Below, piece by piece: positions 13,318-25,071 of a DNA stretch of 64,000 nucleotides (its first letter is position 1; every line of letters starts with the position of its first letter). A model generated the notes under the pieces. The model worked only from the letters and a program-made list of their open reading frames with translations. It ran no database searches and was not told where the DNA came from. The stretch is from Owenia fusiformis (Eukaryota). Location: contig CAIIXF020000001.1 of the NCBI GenBank assembly GCA_903813345.2, positions 40,486,001 through 40,550,000 on the forward strand, written 5' to 3'. The position numbers and the translations under genes are program-made.

Positions 13318-15427
13318 ATAAATGAATGAACATCACACTGGTCGCAACCCTGCAGATATTCGAGTCTGTGATTAATGTGCAATTGAAAATGAATACAATG
13401 TTAGGCCATAGATGTTGGCAAGATCGTTTTGTTGTAGGATCTAAATAGGCTTCTAATCCTCCTACAAAAGAATCTGGCCGGGATCTATGTGTTATGGTGT
13501 TAGGCCTGGGAATACTAAACCACGTTTTTTTGAAAGGCCATAAAAGGGGGAGTGGATGGAGGGGGGAGTAACTAACGTGTATATAAGACATGATAAGACA
13601 TGCTACTTGAATTTATTCTTATTTCATTCTCTAGAGAGATATAATATCCAGTTTCTTACTGGGGTACTGAGTCTAGTTTTTTCAAATACACGAGTTCTTC
13701 TGAATCTGTTCTATCGTAAAGACGTATAAGCTTAACTCCCCCACCTCTCCATCCACTCCCCCCCTCCATCCAATATTAATTTATTTCGATTATTTTTTAT
13801 ATGACGCATGGAAACTAACTTTAAAAATTGAGCAATGTCATAGGCTAAGTATTTATTACAGGTCGTATAGACCATTGTTGTGATTTAGCAAAAACATTGA
13901 CTTTTGCACGTTAGGCCTAGTGATGATGCGCCTTTTTTAATAGATCTCATCATATCTTAGAAGCGTATCAGTTCAAAAAAAATACTATAATACTAAGAGC
14001 TAACATATTTTGCCATGCACTGCGCCTATTCATTTGGCATATTCAGTTGAAAATTATCTCTTGAAAAAATGAAACTTCCTTTGTTGAGTTTTCTTGCAGA
14101 AATCGCCTCCCCCCTCCATCCATTTTTTACGATCACCGAGCATGACTATTAGATAGATGCCTTCACTAGGCTATTCTATGTACTTGTGTCCGTGCCTTGC
14201 CTTAAGTAGCGAGTGTAAATTCTTTTCGGAAACAAGATTACGTTTTCCCTGTAATATGAATTGGAGATATCTGACAAAATATGGATAGCCTGATAAGGTT
14301 TGTGTTTTTGGACATGCGGAAATTAATTTGAACACTTTGAAACTGAAGTAGAGTTCCTTAATACACGGGTAGTATCTAAAGCCCCGCTATGATTTAAAAA
14401 TCGCGAGCAAGTTCCCGCTGAAATCGCGAGGAATAAAAAGAAGTCATGAGTTCTTTTTTGTGTTCTTGAATTGTATGATTTACAAAACGTTTTCTTTTAA
14501 TTTTTCCCAATGATTACATGGTATTGAGACTAAAAAAGCAACTGCTGGAAAAAATCTATCGCGAACGGTCGTTCTGTGGTTCGTTATTTGTCAATTGAAG
14601 AGAGAAAGTATCATTTTGAATCTTTATCTTTATATTTCTATACGTTATTGGTGAAGAACGATGTTGTCCTGTGGTTGAAATAACGATAGTGATATGAAAT
14701 AAAGATGTACCGAGTTTCACTTCCGAAAGCTTTACAGAACATTTTATATTTAAATTTTATCATATCCCTCAAGGCCCCGCTTCTAGCAGGAGCAATTAAG
14801 CAAAGATCCCGCTGAAATCAGGAGGAGGCCCCGCTGAAAACATGAGGAGGTCCCGCTGAAAACAGGAGCAAGTGTCTATCAAAAATGGAGTGAATCCCGA
14901 TTATACCCTGAAAATCTCCCACTTTCGTACCCACCTTGATCCACTATTGTACCCAGTTTGATGAATACATTATTTGTCAATACAATTCTCAATAACAGCA
15001 AACACACCTGTTTAATATAGTTCATATTATGATACGTTGTTGTTGGAAAACTGCAGTATCATATTTCCATGCCATTTTACAGAATACGAAAGATCATCTG
15101 AGAAATGTGATGAGTATTAGATCGGACGAAATGTTAAACATTTAACCTCATTTTCATAATTTGAAGTAATATAAGTTATTGAATGATTTGAAGTGCAGTA
15201 TAGGATATATTGTGCTTAAAAAAAATCTGTATTGGCACGAGATGAAATCAAGTGGAAATACAGCATATCGAGAGCACAATATATCCTATGTTGCGCTTCA
15301 AATCGTTGTATAACGTTTTTTATCGTGTGATCTTACTACATAGTCCATAGGAAATATTCTGTATTTTCTGTATTTCAACTGTCCCCTCTGTTCCATCTTT
15401 GAGTACAAGTCGATATTCAGTAAGAAG

Positions 15428-18230
15428 CTTCCTTCCTTCCTCACTTCCCTCCTTTCTTTCTTGCTTCCTTCCTTGCTTCCCTCCTCCCTTGCTTCCTCGC
15501 TTTCTTGCTTCCTCGCATTCTTGCATCCTTCCTTCCTCGCTTCCTTCCTTCCATCCTTGCTTCCTTCCTCCCTTCCTTGCTTCCTCACTTCCTTGCTTCT
15601 TCGCTTCCTTGCATCCTTCCTTCCTCGCTTCGTTCCTTCCTTCCTTTCTTCCTCGCTTACTTCCTTCCTCGCTTCCTCCTTTCCTTGCTTCCTCGCTTCC
15701 TTCCTTCTTCCTTGCTTCCTCTCTTCCTTGCTTCTTTCCCTCTTTGCTTCCTCGCTTCCTTCCTTCCTGGCTTCCTTCCTTCCTTGCTTCCTCGCTTCTT
15801 TCCTTCCTCGCTTCCTTCCTTCCTTGCTTCTTTCCTTCCTCGATTCCTACCTTCCTTTCTTCCTCGCCTCTTCTTTTCTTGCTTCCTTCCTTCCTTGCTT
15901 CCTCGCTTCCTTCCGTCCTTGCATCTTTCCTTCCTCGCTTCCTTCCTACCTTGCTTCCTCGCTTCCTTCCCTCCTTGCTTCCTCGCTTCCTTCCTTCCTC
16001 GCTTCCTTCCTTCCTTCCTTGCTTTTTTCCTTTCCTCGCTCCTTTCTTTCCTCCTTCTTTGTTTCCTCGCTTTCTTCATAAATTTCTTCCTCATTTCCTT
16101 TCCTCCTTCCTTCCTTGCTTCATTCCTTCCTTCCATGCTTCCTCGCTTCCTTCCTTGCTTTCTTCCTTGCTTTCTCGCTTCCTTCTTTCCTTCCTCGCTT
16201 CCTTCCTTCCTCACTTCCCTCCTTCATTCCTTGCTTCCTTCCTTCCCCGCTTCCTTTTTCCTCCTTCCTTGCATCCTCGATTCCTTCGTTTTTTCCTCGC
16301 GTCCTTCCTTTTTCGCTTCATTCCTTCCTTGCTTCCTCCCTCGCTTCCTTCTCTCCTCCTTCCTTGCTTCCTCGCTTTCTTCTTTCCTTGCTTCCTCGAT
16401 TCATTCCTTCCTCACTTGCATCCTCCCTTCCTTGCTCCCCCCTTCCTCACTTCCTTCTTTCCTCCTTCCTTGCTTCCTCGTTTCCTTCATTCTTTCCTCG
16501 TGTTGTTCTTTTGTCGCTTCATTCCCTCCTTCCCTCCTTGCTTTCTCGCCTTCTTTCCTTACTTACTTCCTTCCTTGCTTTTTTTCCTTCCTTCCTTTCT
16601 TGCATCTTTGCTTGCTTCCTTCCTTCCTTGATGCATCACAGTGGCGGATCCAGGAACCAACAAGGGGGGGGGCCCAAATTTGAGAATATAGAAAAAACCT
16701 CCGCGCTTGCGCGGAAAAAATTTTTGGGCCCCTAAAACCGAAAAAGTGGGCCCAAATTTTGAAAATTTGAGGCCCATTTTCTTCCAAATTTGGCCCAAAT
16801 TGAAAAAATAAGGCCCTAGAAGGCCCAATAATGACCAAAAGGCCCACTTTTTGGGGCCTTAAGGCCTTTTTTGGCCTAACATTTTTTTGGGCCCAACTTC
16901 TTTTTTTTTTGGGCCAACCTTAGGGGGGGGGGCCCGGGCCCCATGGGCCCCCCCCCCGGATCCGCCATAGCATCGTTTCCTTCCTTCTTTGCTTCCTGGC
17001 TTCCTTTCTTCCTCGTTCCCTTCCTTGCTTCCTTCCTTGCTTCCTCAGTTCCTTCCTTCCTTGCTTCCTTGCATCGTTCCTTCCTTGTTCCTTCGCTTCC
17101 GTCCTTTCTTTCTTCCTCAGTTCCTTCCTTCCTTTCTTTCTTCCCTCCTCGCTTTCTCGTTTCCTCGCTTCCTTCCTTGCTTCCTTCCTTCCTTCTTTGC
17201 TTCCTCGCGTCCTTACTTCCTCGCAATCTTTCCTTCCTCACTTCCTTCCTACCTTGCTTCCTCGCTTCCTTGCTTCCTCGCTTCATTCCTTCCTTGCTTC
17301 CTCGCTTCCTTCTTTCCTCGTTTCCCTCTTTCCTTCCTTGCTTTTTTCCTTCCTCGCTCCCTTCTTTTCCCCTTTTTTGCTTCCTCGCTTCCTTCACAAA
17401 TTTCTTCCTCACTTCCTTACTTTCTTCCTTCGTTCCTTGCTTCATTCCCTCCTTCCATGCTTCCTCGCTTTCTTCCTTGCTTCCTCGCTTTTTTCTTTCC
17501 TTGCTTCCTCGCTTCCTTCCTTCCTCACTTTCCTCCTTCCTTGCTTCCATCCTTCCTCGCTTCCTTGTTTCCTCATTCCTTGCTTCCTCGCTTCTTTCGT
17601 TTTTTTCCTCGCGTCCTTCCTTTCTCGCTCCATTCCTTTCTTGCTTCCTCGCTTCCATCTTTCCTCCTTCCTTGCTTCCTCGCTTCCTTCTTTCCTTGCT
17701 TCATCGCTTCCTCACTTGCCTCCTTCCTTCCTTGCTTCCTTCCTTCCTCACTTCCTCCTTTCCTCCTTCCTTGCTTCCTCGTTTCCTTCATTCTTTCCTC
17801 ATGTCCTTCTTTTCTCGCTTCATTTCTTTCTTGCTTTCTTCCCTCCTTGCTTCCTTGCATTCTCGCCTTCTTCCTTCCTTTCTTACTTACTTCCTTGCTT
17901 TTTTCTTCCTTTCTTTGCATCTTTGCTTGCTTCCTTCCTTCCTTGCTTCCTCGTTTCCTTCCTTCTTTGCTTCCTTGCTTCCTCGCTTCCTTACTTGCTA
18001 GCTTCCCTGCTTAATTCTTTACTCGCATCGTTCCTTCCTTGCTCCCTCGGTTTCCTTGCTTCCCTCCTTCCTTCCTTTTTTCCTTCCTTGCTTACTTATA
18101 TTACTCCCACCTTCACTTCCTCGATTTACTTCCTCCATTCCTTCTTTACTTGCTTGCTTACTCAATTACTTACTTTGTTGCTTGTTTACTTCCTCACGTC
18201 CTTGCTTGCTTTCTTGATTATTTACATTCT
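15428..18230. repeat. Pyrimidine-rich compound tetranucleotide microsatellite (TTCC/TTGC/TCGC)n
   Basis: Directly visible; generates spurious low-complexity ORFs in all frames. Confidence 0.97.
16639..16970. mobile_element. GC-rich MITE (CAGTGGCGGATCC...GGATCCGCCA) nested in the microsatellite
   Basis: Inverted ends cagtggcggatcc / ggatccgccatag; flanks CATCA / CATCG as an imperfect 5-bp TSD. Confidence 0.7.
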
Positions 18231-18269
18231 TTCATATGGCAGTGGAAAGACAAATTTTGATGAAAACCT

Positions 18270-18880
18270 GCAAACGAACAAACGAACGAGGAAAGAACGC
18301 ACGGATGGACAGAAGAACAGCCGAAAAAACAATGAATGAACAAACGGACGAATAGGCGGCCAAAAGAATGCATGAAGGAAAGATAGAAGAAAACAGTTTA
18401 CAAAAGATCGAACCCACGCACACAAGAACGTAGTTACAAACAAACGCACGAATGAACGCACGCACGAACGAACACACAAACGAACGCAAAAAGAACGAAC
18501 AGAGGAACGCACGCATGAATGGACGGTTGAACGAAAGCACGCACGGATGAACGGATGCCTAGACGGACGAACCCATGAAGGGCAGTCAGACGAAAGCAGG
18601 AACAAACGGACGGTCAGGCGAACGCATGCGCACACAAACGGACGGACATTCGCACGAACGGATGCACGCACGAACGAACGAATGGACGGTCGGACGAACG
18701 CTGTCACGAACGCATGGTTGGGCGATGCACGCACGAACGAACAATCGGTCGGATGAACGCACGCATGAACGAACGGACCGTCGGACGAACGCACGGTCAG
18801 ACGAACGCACGGTCAGACGAACGCACGCACGAACGAACGTTCGGTCGAATGCACGCACGAATGAACGGTCGGACAAAAGA
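18270..18880. repeat. Compound tetranucleotide microsatellite (GAAC/GCAC/GGAC)n
   Basis: Directly visible runs of acgaacgcacggacgg. Confidence 0.92.
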
Positions 18881-20146
18881 ACCAATGCAATATATGTGTC
18901 CTCAGAAGTATAATCCTTGGAATAGTGAATTATGTAGAATGTACATTTAACTCCGAAATGTACAAAGTATATTTACATATAAAAATTATTTGTGATGTTG
19001 CCATAGAATGATATGTTATGTGATTGTCATTAATACGTTATCGTGTACGTTCATATAAAGAAGCTCACTATATTCATGGAATAATGATGAAGCTTTCCTC
19101 GTGATCGAAGCGGGTAGTCGTGAAATTTGCTCGTGTTTTCAGCGGGGTCTCCTCATGTTTTCAGCGGGGCCTCCTCATGTTTTCAGCGGGGCCACTGGAA
19201 CACCTTTAATAGTGTATTTCGACCCCCATGGCAGGTGTCATTGTCCAGTAACTTATCAATACAGACCATCTTGATCCGATATTTATTATGGAGTATGTAA
19301 ATCGTATTTATTGCCTTTATTTTAACGATAAAGGTAATATATGAACAGTAAATTATGCAAACGTGCATGTTGACGCCCCTTTCCTTCATGCAAGTAAAAA
19401 ATAATCATTTTTCATGTCATTTTTTGTCAAATAAATCTGTTTTCAAAGTTTTGCTGGAGTATCAAAGAACGGTAATAAGTATTTTCATCCTTTTGGTTCA
19501 TTTTCCAAAGTGATACAAATAAACAGGACTATGCTCGCGATTTCAGCGGGAACTTGCTCGCGATTTTTAAATCATAGCGGGGCTTTAGATACTACCCGTG
19601 TAATAGGTCGTTCAGTTTTCTTGTTATTTTTTGTCCTATACAACACTTGTGTTTAATATAGCCACGCGCAATTAACAATAAGCGTAATAAGATTATTACA
19701 AGCGTCGAAATAGAAATAGCTTATTTTCCTACACAAACCTATTCACTTACCGTTATGTTGATCGATCTAGACGCCTCAATTATAATTATTTTCACTCATC
19801 GGCTTTAGTGGCCCGCGATATCTTTTATTTCATATATTTGAGACGCAATTGATATATTGGCAACAAATCAAATGTTCTAAATGATTCTTCTTCATTTTGG
19901 AATGTTTCTCCCACCCGATATTCAAATATGTGTCTTAAATATACTTTACATTGATCACGAATCTTGTACTTTCTGTTTTTACGACTCCCGTTCACATTTG
20001 CAAGAGTTGTTGATTGCGTTTCCTTGATCGGTGGTCGAACTTCGATATCAACTAAATTAGATTAATCAATTAAGAAATGTTTATATCATGTTTATCCAAG
20101 CAAATAATTGTAACAACTACATTATTTTTTAGCAGTTTTGACACCT

Positions 20147-20510
20147 AAGCAGGGTAGCCTAGTGGCGTAGACTGAGGTTACTTTGCGGTTGAACGTCGTG
20201 GGATACGGAGGTCCCGCGTTCGAGCCCCAGGTACGGAGTTGTTGATCATTGTCACTACGGACACCCGGTCCGAAGGTCCAACCGTTTACTGGCCCTTGGC
20301 ATGGGTTGGTTCTCTGGCCGCTCTTGCCGGAGACAGATTGTGAGACTGTGGTTGGTTCCTCCACTAACGTGCTTTAGTAAACTCCGGGAGTCATATAGTA
20401 TGGTAGCGGGCCCCCACCAAGGGCAGTAGTGGAACGACGCGAATCGGTCCCAGTATGGTTGCCTTGCAACTGAAGAGACTCGAGGAAATCATGCCATTCG
20501 CAGTGACCCA
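20147..20510 (+). mobile_element. Probable tRNA-derived SINE
   Basis: GC-rich island beginning with Pol III A-box-like TAGCCTAGTGG (~20154) and B-box-like GTTCGAGCC (~20218); does not form a convincing tRNA cloverleaf by eye; boundaries approximate. Confidence 0.45.
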
Positions 20511-21720
20511 GAAAAGACTTTTGTTTCTTAATTTGACGTTTTAATTCATTTATTAACATACTTTATTCATATTACTTTCCAGGCAGTTATGATTTTTATT
20601 GGTCAAATGAATGAACGAAACATCGAGATATCAAACCCATAATTCGATTTGTCGGACATCTATGAAATAACACTTGAAAACATAAGACACAGATACAATC
20701 TCCGTAGCATTTCGTAGATGTCGGTTTCCACGCTCTATCACTTCGTGCGCGCGGTCATCATAAGATAAGGAGGTACGGTTGATTGGACCACGGGCTTTCA
20801 ACGAGTCCAGAAATTGACATTGATACTTTGAGATATGAGGTAGCAACAAAAGGAAACACCGGAAGTATTATATATGAAAAGAAATGTTTGTTTAATGGTG
20901 AGAAAATGAAATAACTTCAGTATTAATGGGATCATTGAGGCACACATTGATAAAATCACACTTGGATTTGGAAAGATTAAAGTAAAACAAATGAATGCGT
21001 TTCTTACTATCTCCATGACAACATTTCTATTATCTCCATGACAATATTTCTATTATCTCCATGACAACATATCTTGCTCTTTCTCCATGAAAACATTTTT
21101 GGGCTCATCAGCACAAGATGACGAAAATACAATAATTGTCAAGTTCAATAAGAAATGTGAAACGTTGTATTTAATAGCATATTTATTTCTACAAATGAAA
21201 CAATACAGTATAAATAAATGTTTACTTCATTGCAATTGAATACAGAATTTACCACAGTAAAATATATTTTTAATGAAGAACAGGGTTTACCATAATCAAA
21301 CATAAACAACAGAATTATGACTTTATCCTCTATGAATTACAGAAATTGATATGATGGTCAATTGGAATTAAGTCTGTTGAGACGACCCCTCAATTAAAAA
21401 AATTCTGGCCGCAACTTTAGTTCTCTTATTGATGTAAAATGAAATATTTTAAAGTAAGTTTAATCTGAAAATTTGTTAACAGTTCACTTCATGCGAGCAC
21501 GGAGGGCTATAGGTCGTTTATTAAAAAATACTCAGCAGTTATTTGTAAACGTTTTTAAATTGAGTTCTTTCTAGTAAGATGTTATGCAATGCTGTCATAA
21601 CAAATTATAGAACACGGTCGAACCTTTGTAGAATTGTCACGACCCGTATGTGGTAGCGTGATTGGGAATCGGACAGAAAAGGAAGTAATATTTGATGTCT
21701 CAAATAATAGATATTGCATG

Positions 21721-22109
21721 TACTAGATTGCAATTGTTAATGTTTTCAATTTAAAGTGGGAGGGGTTAGTTGAACAGAAAAGCCATTTACAGGGGCTTTA
21801 TTAAGAACATGTGCTGCATTTACTAGATTGCAATTGTTAATGTTTTCAATTTAAAGTGGGAGGGGTTAGTTGAACAGAAAAGCCATTTACATGGGCTTTA
21901 TTAAGAACATGTGCTGCATTTACCAGATTGCAATGGTTAGGGTTGTCAATTCAAAGTGGGAGGGGTTAGTTGAACAGGAAAGCCATTTACAGGGGCTTTA
22001 TTAAGAACATGTGCTGCATTTACCAGATTGCAATGGTTAGGGTTGTCAATTCAAAGTGGGAGGGGTTAGTTGAACAGGAAAGCCATTTACAGGGGCTTTA
22101 TTAAGAACA
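21721..22109 (-). repeat. About 3.9 copies of a 100-bp tandem unit inside the LTR, each with AATAAA on the element sense strand
   Basis: Units start at 21721, 21821, 21921, 22021; tttatt at 21797, 21897, 21997, 22097; same array at 33578-33966. Confidence 0.93.
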
Positions 22110-22489
22110 CTATGTCAGAAATCAGCTGATTAGTCTGGTTAAAGATTTTCTGAGTACAGTGAAACTCGTGAGAATTGAACACTTATGAAGTCACAAGAAT
22201 ATGTTCACCATAGAAAGGTGTTCATTATAAAGGCGTGACTTCATATGGACACATTGGTGTATGTGATAACAAGAGGTGTTTGATATTGCAGGTTTCACTG
22301 TAATCATACAGTAAATAGTGGGCCAATGCAAGTTTCACTGTAATCAGATGATATATAGTGGATCAAAGACAGATTTCACTATAATATGTTGGTAAATAAT
22401 ATGTAGGGTAATCAGGCTGAGCAATCAGGAAAATTAAGAACGTTGCAAATCTTGTGTGACAATGCCCCAATTACCATGTGAGCAAATAA

Positions 22490-22747
22490 TTAACTACCTG
22501 GACAGGCGTGCGATTGACCTTGATAGGATACCTCTGCGAAACAAACTGGACAACAAGTGTCATCTGTTTCCCACTGGTCTATGCAGAAAGTACATGCACA
22601 AATCTCTTGCTCAGGGTAATGGTGAGGGTCAGTCAATGTCAGTAAGCTTTTGCAATACAAGCAGATGTAATGGCCACAGGGTAGATAGATTAGGTTAGGT
22701 GAGAAATTAGTGCAGTGGAAACAAAAGTGTGCATTTTGTAAAGCCAT
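22490..22747 (-). CDS. LTR-encoded small C3HC4 RING-finger protein (85 aa), 3' LTR copy
   Basis: CFHC-x11-CGH-x2-CLYC...CPVC with LPCGH hallmark; GCCATGG start context; acceptor ttgtctttacAG 40 nt upstream. Confidence 0.75.
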   Translation of the reverse strand: MALQNAHFCFHCTNFSPNLIYLPCGHYICLYCKSLLTLTDPHHYPEQEICACTFCIDQWETDDTCCPVCFAEVSYQGQSHACPGS

Positions 22748-24156
22748 GGCATTAGAGAAATCAGACGTGAAACAACCTAATAAGTATCTGTAAAGACAAT
22801 TTACAGTTGAAGTGTCTGTTCACAAATAACCAGCTGGCTACAAATGGGCTTCTGTCAATAATTTCAATTCCAATACAACGGGAGGGGGATTGAATAATCT
22901 AGCTAGGAGTTTACCATCTAAGCTTTACCAAGAAATAAACAAACTCTGGCGTGTAAAGGGATCTTTATAAAAATGTATAAAAACAAATCTATTCTACTGT
23001 AATAAATTAACAAGTTCACAATGTTACAAGTCACTAACAGTTACTGGCAATGGAATGCATGTGTACACTCAAGTTTGAAACACCGCTGGTTTTCACATAC
23101 AGAAGCCAAAAGTGAGAACTACTTTTTGCTGACACTTGACCTTAAACGTAAACAATAACACTGATCAGCTGATCGGAGCACGTTTAATACAACAAGTGTG
23201 TCCAGAAAAATTGGTAGAACTTTAAGTATAGGCTGTTAAGTATAATATGAATGCATTAAGTCAAATGAAAACACCAATATGTAGCCCACTTAGAGTATTG
23301 ACATGTAAGTGTGGGAGGGGGTAGGTCAGTACCAGGGAAGTCAATTACAGCCCAAAAGGCTTCACGGGCTTCATAGGCTTGGCAAGTGACCTCAATGACC
23401 CTGTGTTAAATTGAAGTTTTCGCTCCCGATGGGCTGCGAAAACGTAGTTAAATTGGTCCACAATACTCTAATAAGGATTTATAACAATAAATGCGCTACA
23501 AATAGTGTCAAATTCTTGTATAAAGTTGAGTTTGAATGATCGAACAGTAAAATCAGTGAAATAACCCAGCAAGTTTCGACAATCTTGAGCAACCTAAATA
23601 AATGCAATTACCTGGCCTGTGCCTGTATCACGACTCTCCATAATGTAATCAGCGGTATATATATCCAGTAGTTATATCCAGAGTTTGCGTATCTTGTAAA
23701 ATATCCAAAAGACGGAGAATTCAAAATATCGACTCGCCAGAAGAAGCTCGGATTCGCACAATGTAAAATATTTATGCGCGTACCTAATTGCGCTAGTTTG
23801 GGGCTGGAGAAATATAGTTCCTCTGTTTAAAGCTAAGTTAAGAGTGATTGAAGTTAAAATACCCAAATATAGGGTAATAATATAAATAAACATGAGGTTT
23901 AACACATGAAATAGAGTGAAATACTTGAGTAATAAAGTGTTGAAAGAGGAACTATTTCCCAGGACCAAAGGTCAAAGTGCATCCAACATGGCGGCAATAA
24001 CAAAAACATTTAATTTGAAATTTTGAAAGAAAAGGGTTAAACTCTGATATATGGAGAATTGCGATAGCATTTAAAATGTGAGTATAAGTTAACAAAGTGG
24101 CGATCTTTCAAATCAACCAACTGACAAGAGTGGAAACGAAGTGCAAGATCGTCACA

Positions 24157-24170
24157 TTGCCTCCTATTTA
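24157..24170 (-). other. Polypurine tract candidate
   Basis: Minus strand AAATAGGAGGCAA immediately before the TG of the 3' LTR; short and imperfect. Confidence 0.6.
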
Positions 24171-25071
24171 AAATGAGTTCGACCTCGAACTCTTAAATAC
24201 CAGTACATAAATGCTACAAAACTATAAAAACAATCACCCAATTTAATGGGTTATCATTGTCACTCTGACTAAGTACCAACTAAGTACCATTGGTAATACT
24301 GTATTAAAGTATATAAAAATACCACAAGGCTTCAAAATGCTTTAAAAATACTTTTCAAAATATAAATACTGTACAACATCTACTATTTGGTTCCTGAGAC
24401 TAGTGAAAATTATTGATTATGCATTAAAAGGAACCTTCCTGGAATTATTGAGCATTATACAATCAGCAACTCAGATCTATTATCTGTAAAATATAATATA
24501 GTTTAACATATGTACATATATACAAAAAGAATGATAATATCCATTATCTTTGCACTTTAATATCACGCAATACAGTTGTGTTACTCTGACACTATCTGTA
24601 ATGTATTTTCTAACTTAATAAGTGTTCATGAGGTATTTCACATATACCTTTTTTTATAGTGATAGCACTGTTTATACACCTAATAAACATAATGTCATTT
24701 ATTGTAGTTCTATTGCACTTTTAGTCTGGTTGTAATAAGTGTTTATGAGATTTTCAATATATACTTATATATATAGTGGTAGCACCATTGATAAACATAA
24801 TAAGTATATCGTCACTGCATTGTAGTTCTGCTGCACTTGTAATCTGGTTGGAGTATCACCTGGCAAGTTGATGTTGTTGCTTGTAGTTTATTCATTGCTA
24901 TTAGTGTTATAATAGGTAAGCAATGTAGCACTGTTATAATCCAATATTGTCACTGGTTAGTCACTGGTTATCATAGATATATATGGTATCACTGATAATG
25001 TTTCACTGGTTTGTGAATATGAGCAAATGCTATACATAGTTTCTTTTTGTTGTTGTAAGTCGTTGTATAGT

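Larger units (their letters stand above)
14364..19600. mobile_element. 5.2-kb non-autonomous DNA transposon, ~66-bp TIRs (CACGGGTAGTATCT...), 5-bp TSD, carrying microsatellite arrays
   Basis: TIRs about 14364-14430 and 19535-19600; TAATA on both flanks; empty site ttccttaataggtcg at 10261; internal inverted cccgctgaaa motif clusters near 14808-14865 and 19136-19192. Confidence 0.9.
12418..19732 (+). repeat. Copy B of the local duplicated segment (interrupted by 12763-13317 and 14364-19600 elements)
   Basis: Collinear with 6745-10400 once insertions are removed. Confidence 0.85.
21635..24156 (-). repeat. 3' LTR (2522 bp)
   Basis: Matches 33492-36013 at offset 11857; differences seen at 22909/34766 (G/A) and 23420/35277 (T/A); imperfect inverted ends TGTCACGACC...GATCGTCACA. 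Confidence 0.97.

Noticed and set aside
15298..18950. Many long ORFs (up to 410 aa) on both strands
   Set aside because: Translations of tetranucleotide microsatellites (LPSF/RKEG/RTNE repeats); open only because the repeats lack stop codons.
20468..20495. CTGAAGA...GAAA hammerhead-ribozyme-like core
   Set aside because: Stem II lacks the closing R-Y pair before GAAA, and I could not find convincing stems I and III.
21721..22109. Regular repeats as a CRISPR array (also 36217-36790)
   Set aside because: Contiguous tandem units with no unique spacers, eukaryotic context, no cas genes.
22456..22698. 80-aa plus-strand ORF in each LTR
   Set aside because: Antisense shadow of the RING ORF with no recognisable motif.
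23672..23968. 98-aa hydrophobic ORF in each LTR (also 35529-35825)
   Set aside because: Non-ATG start, AT-rich composition explains the hydrophobicity, no motif; its duplication is just the LTR duplication.
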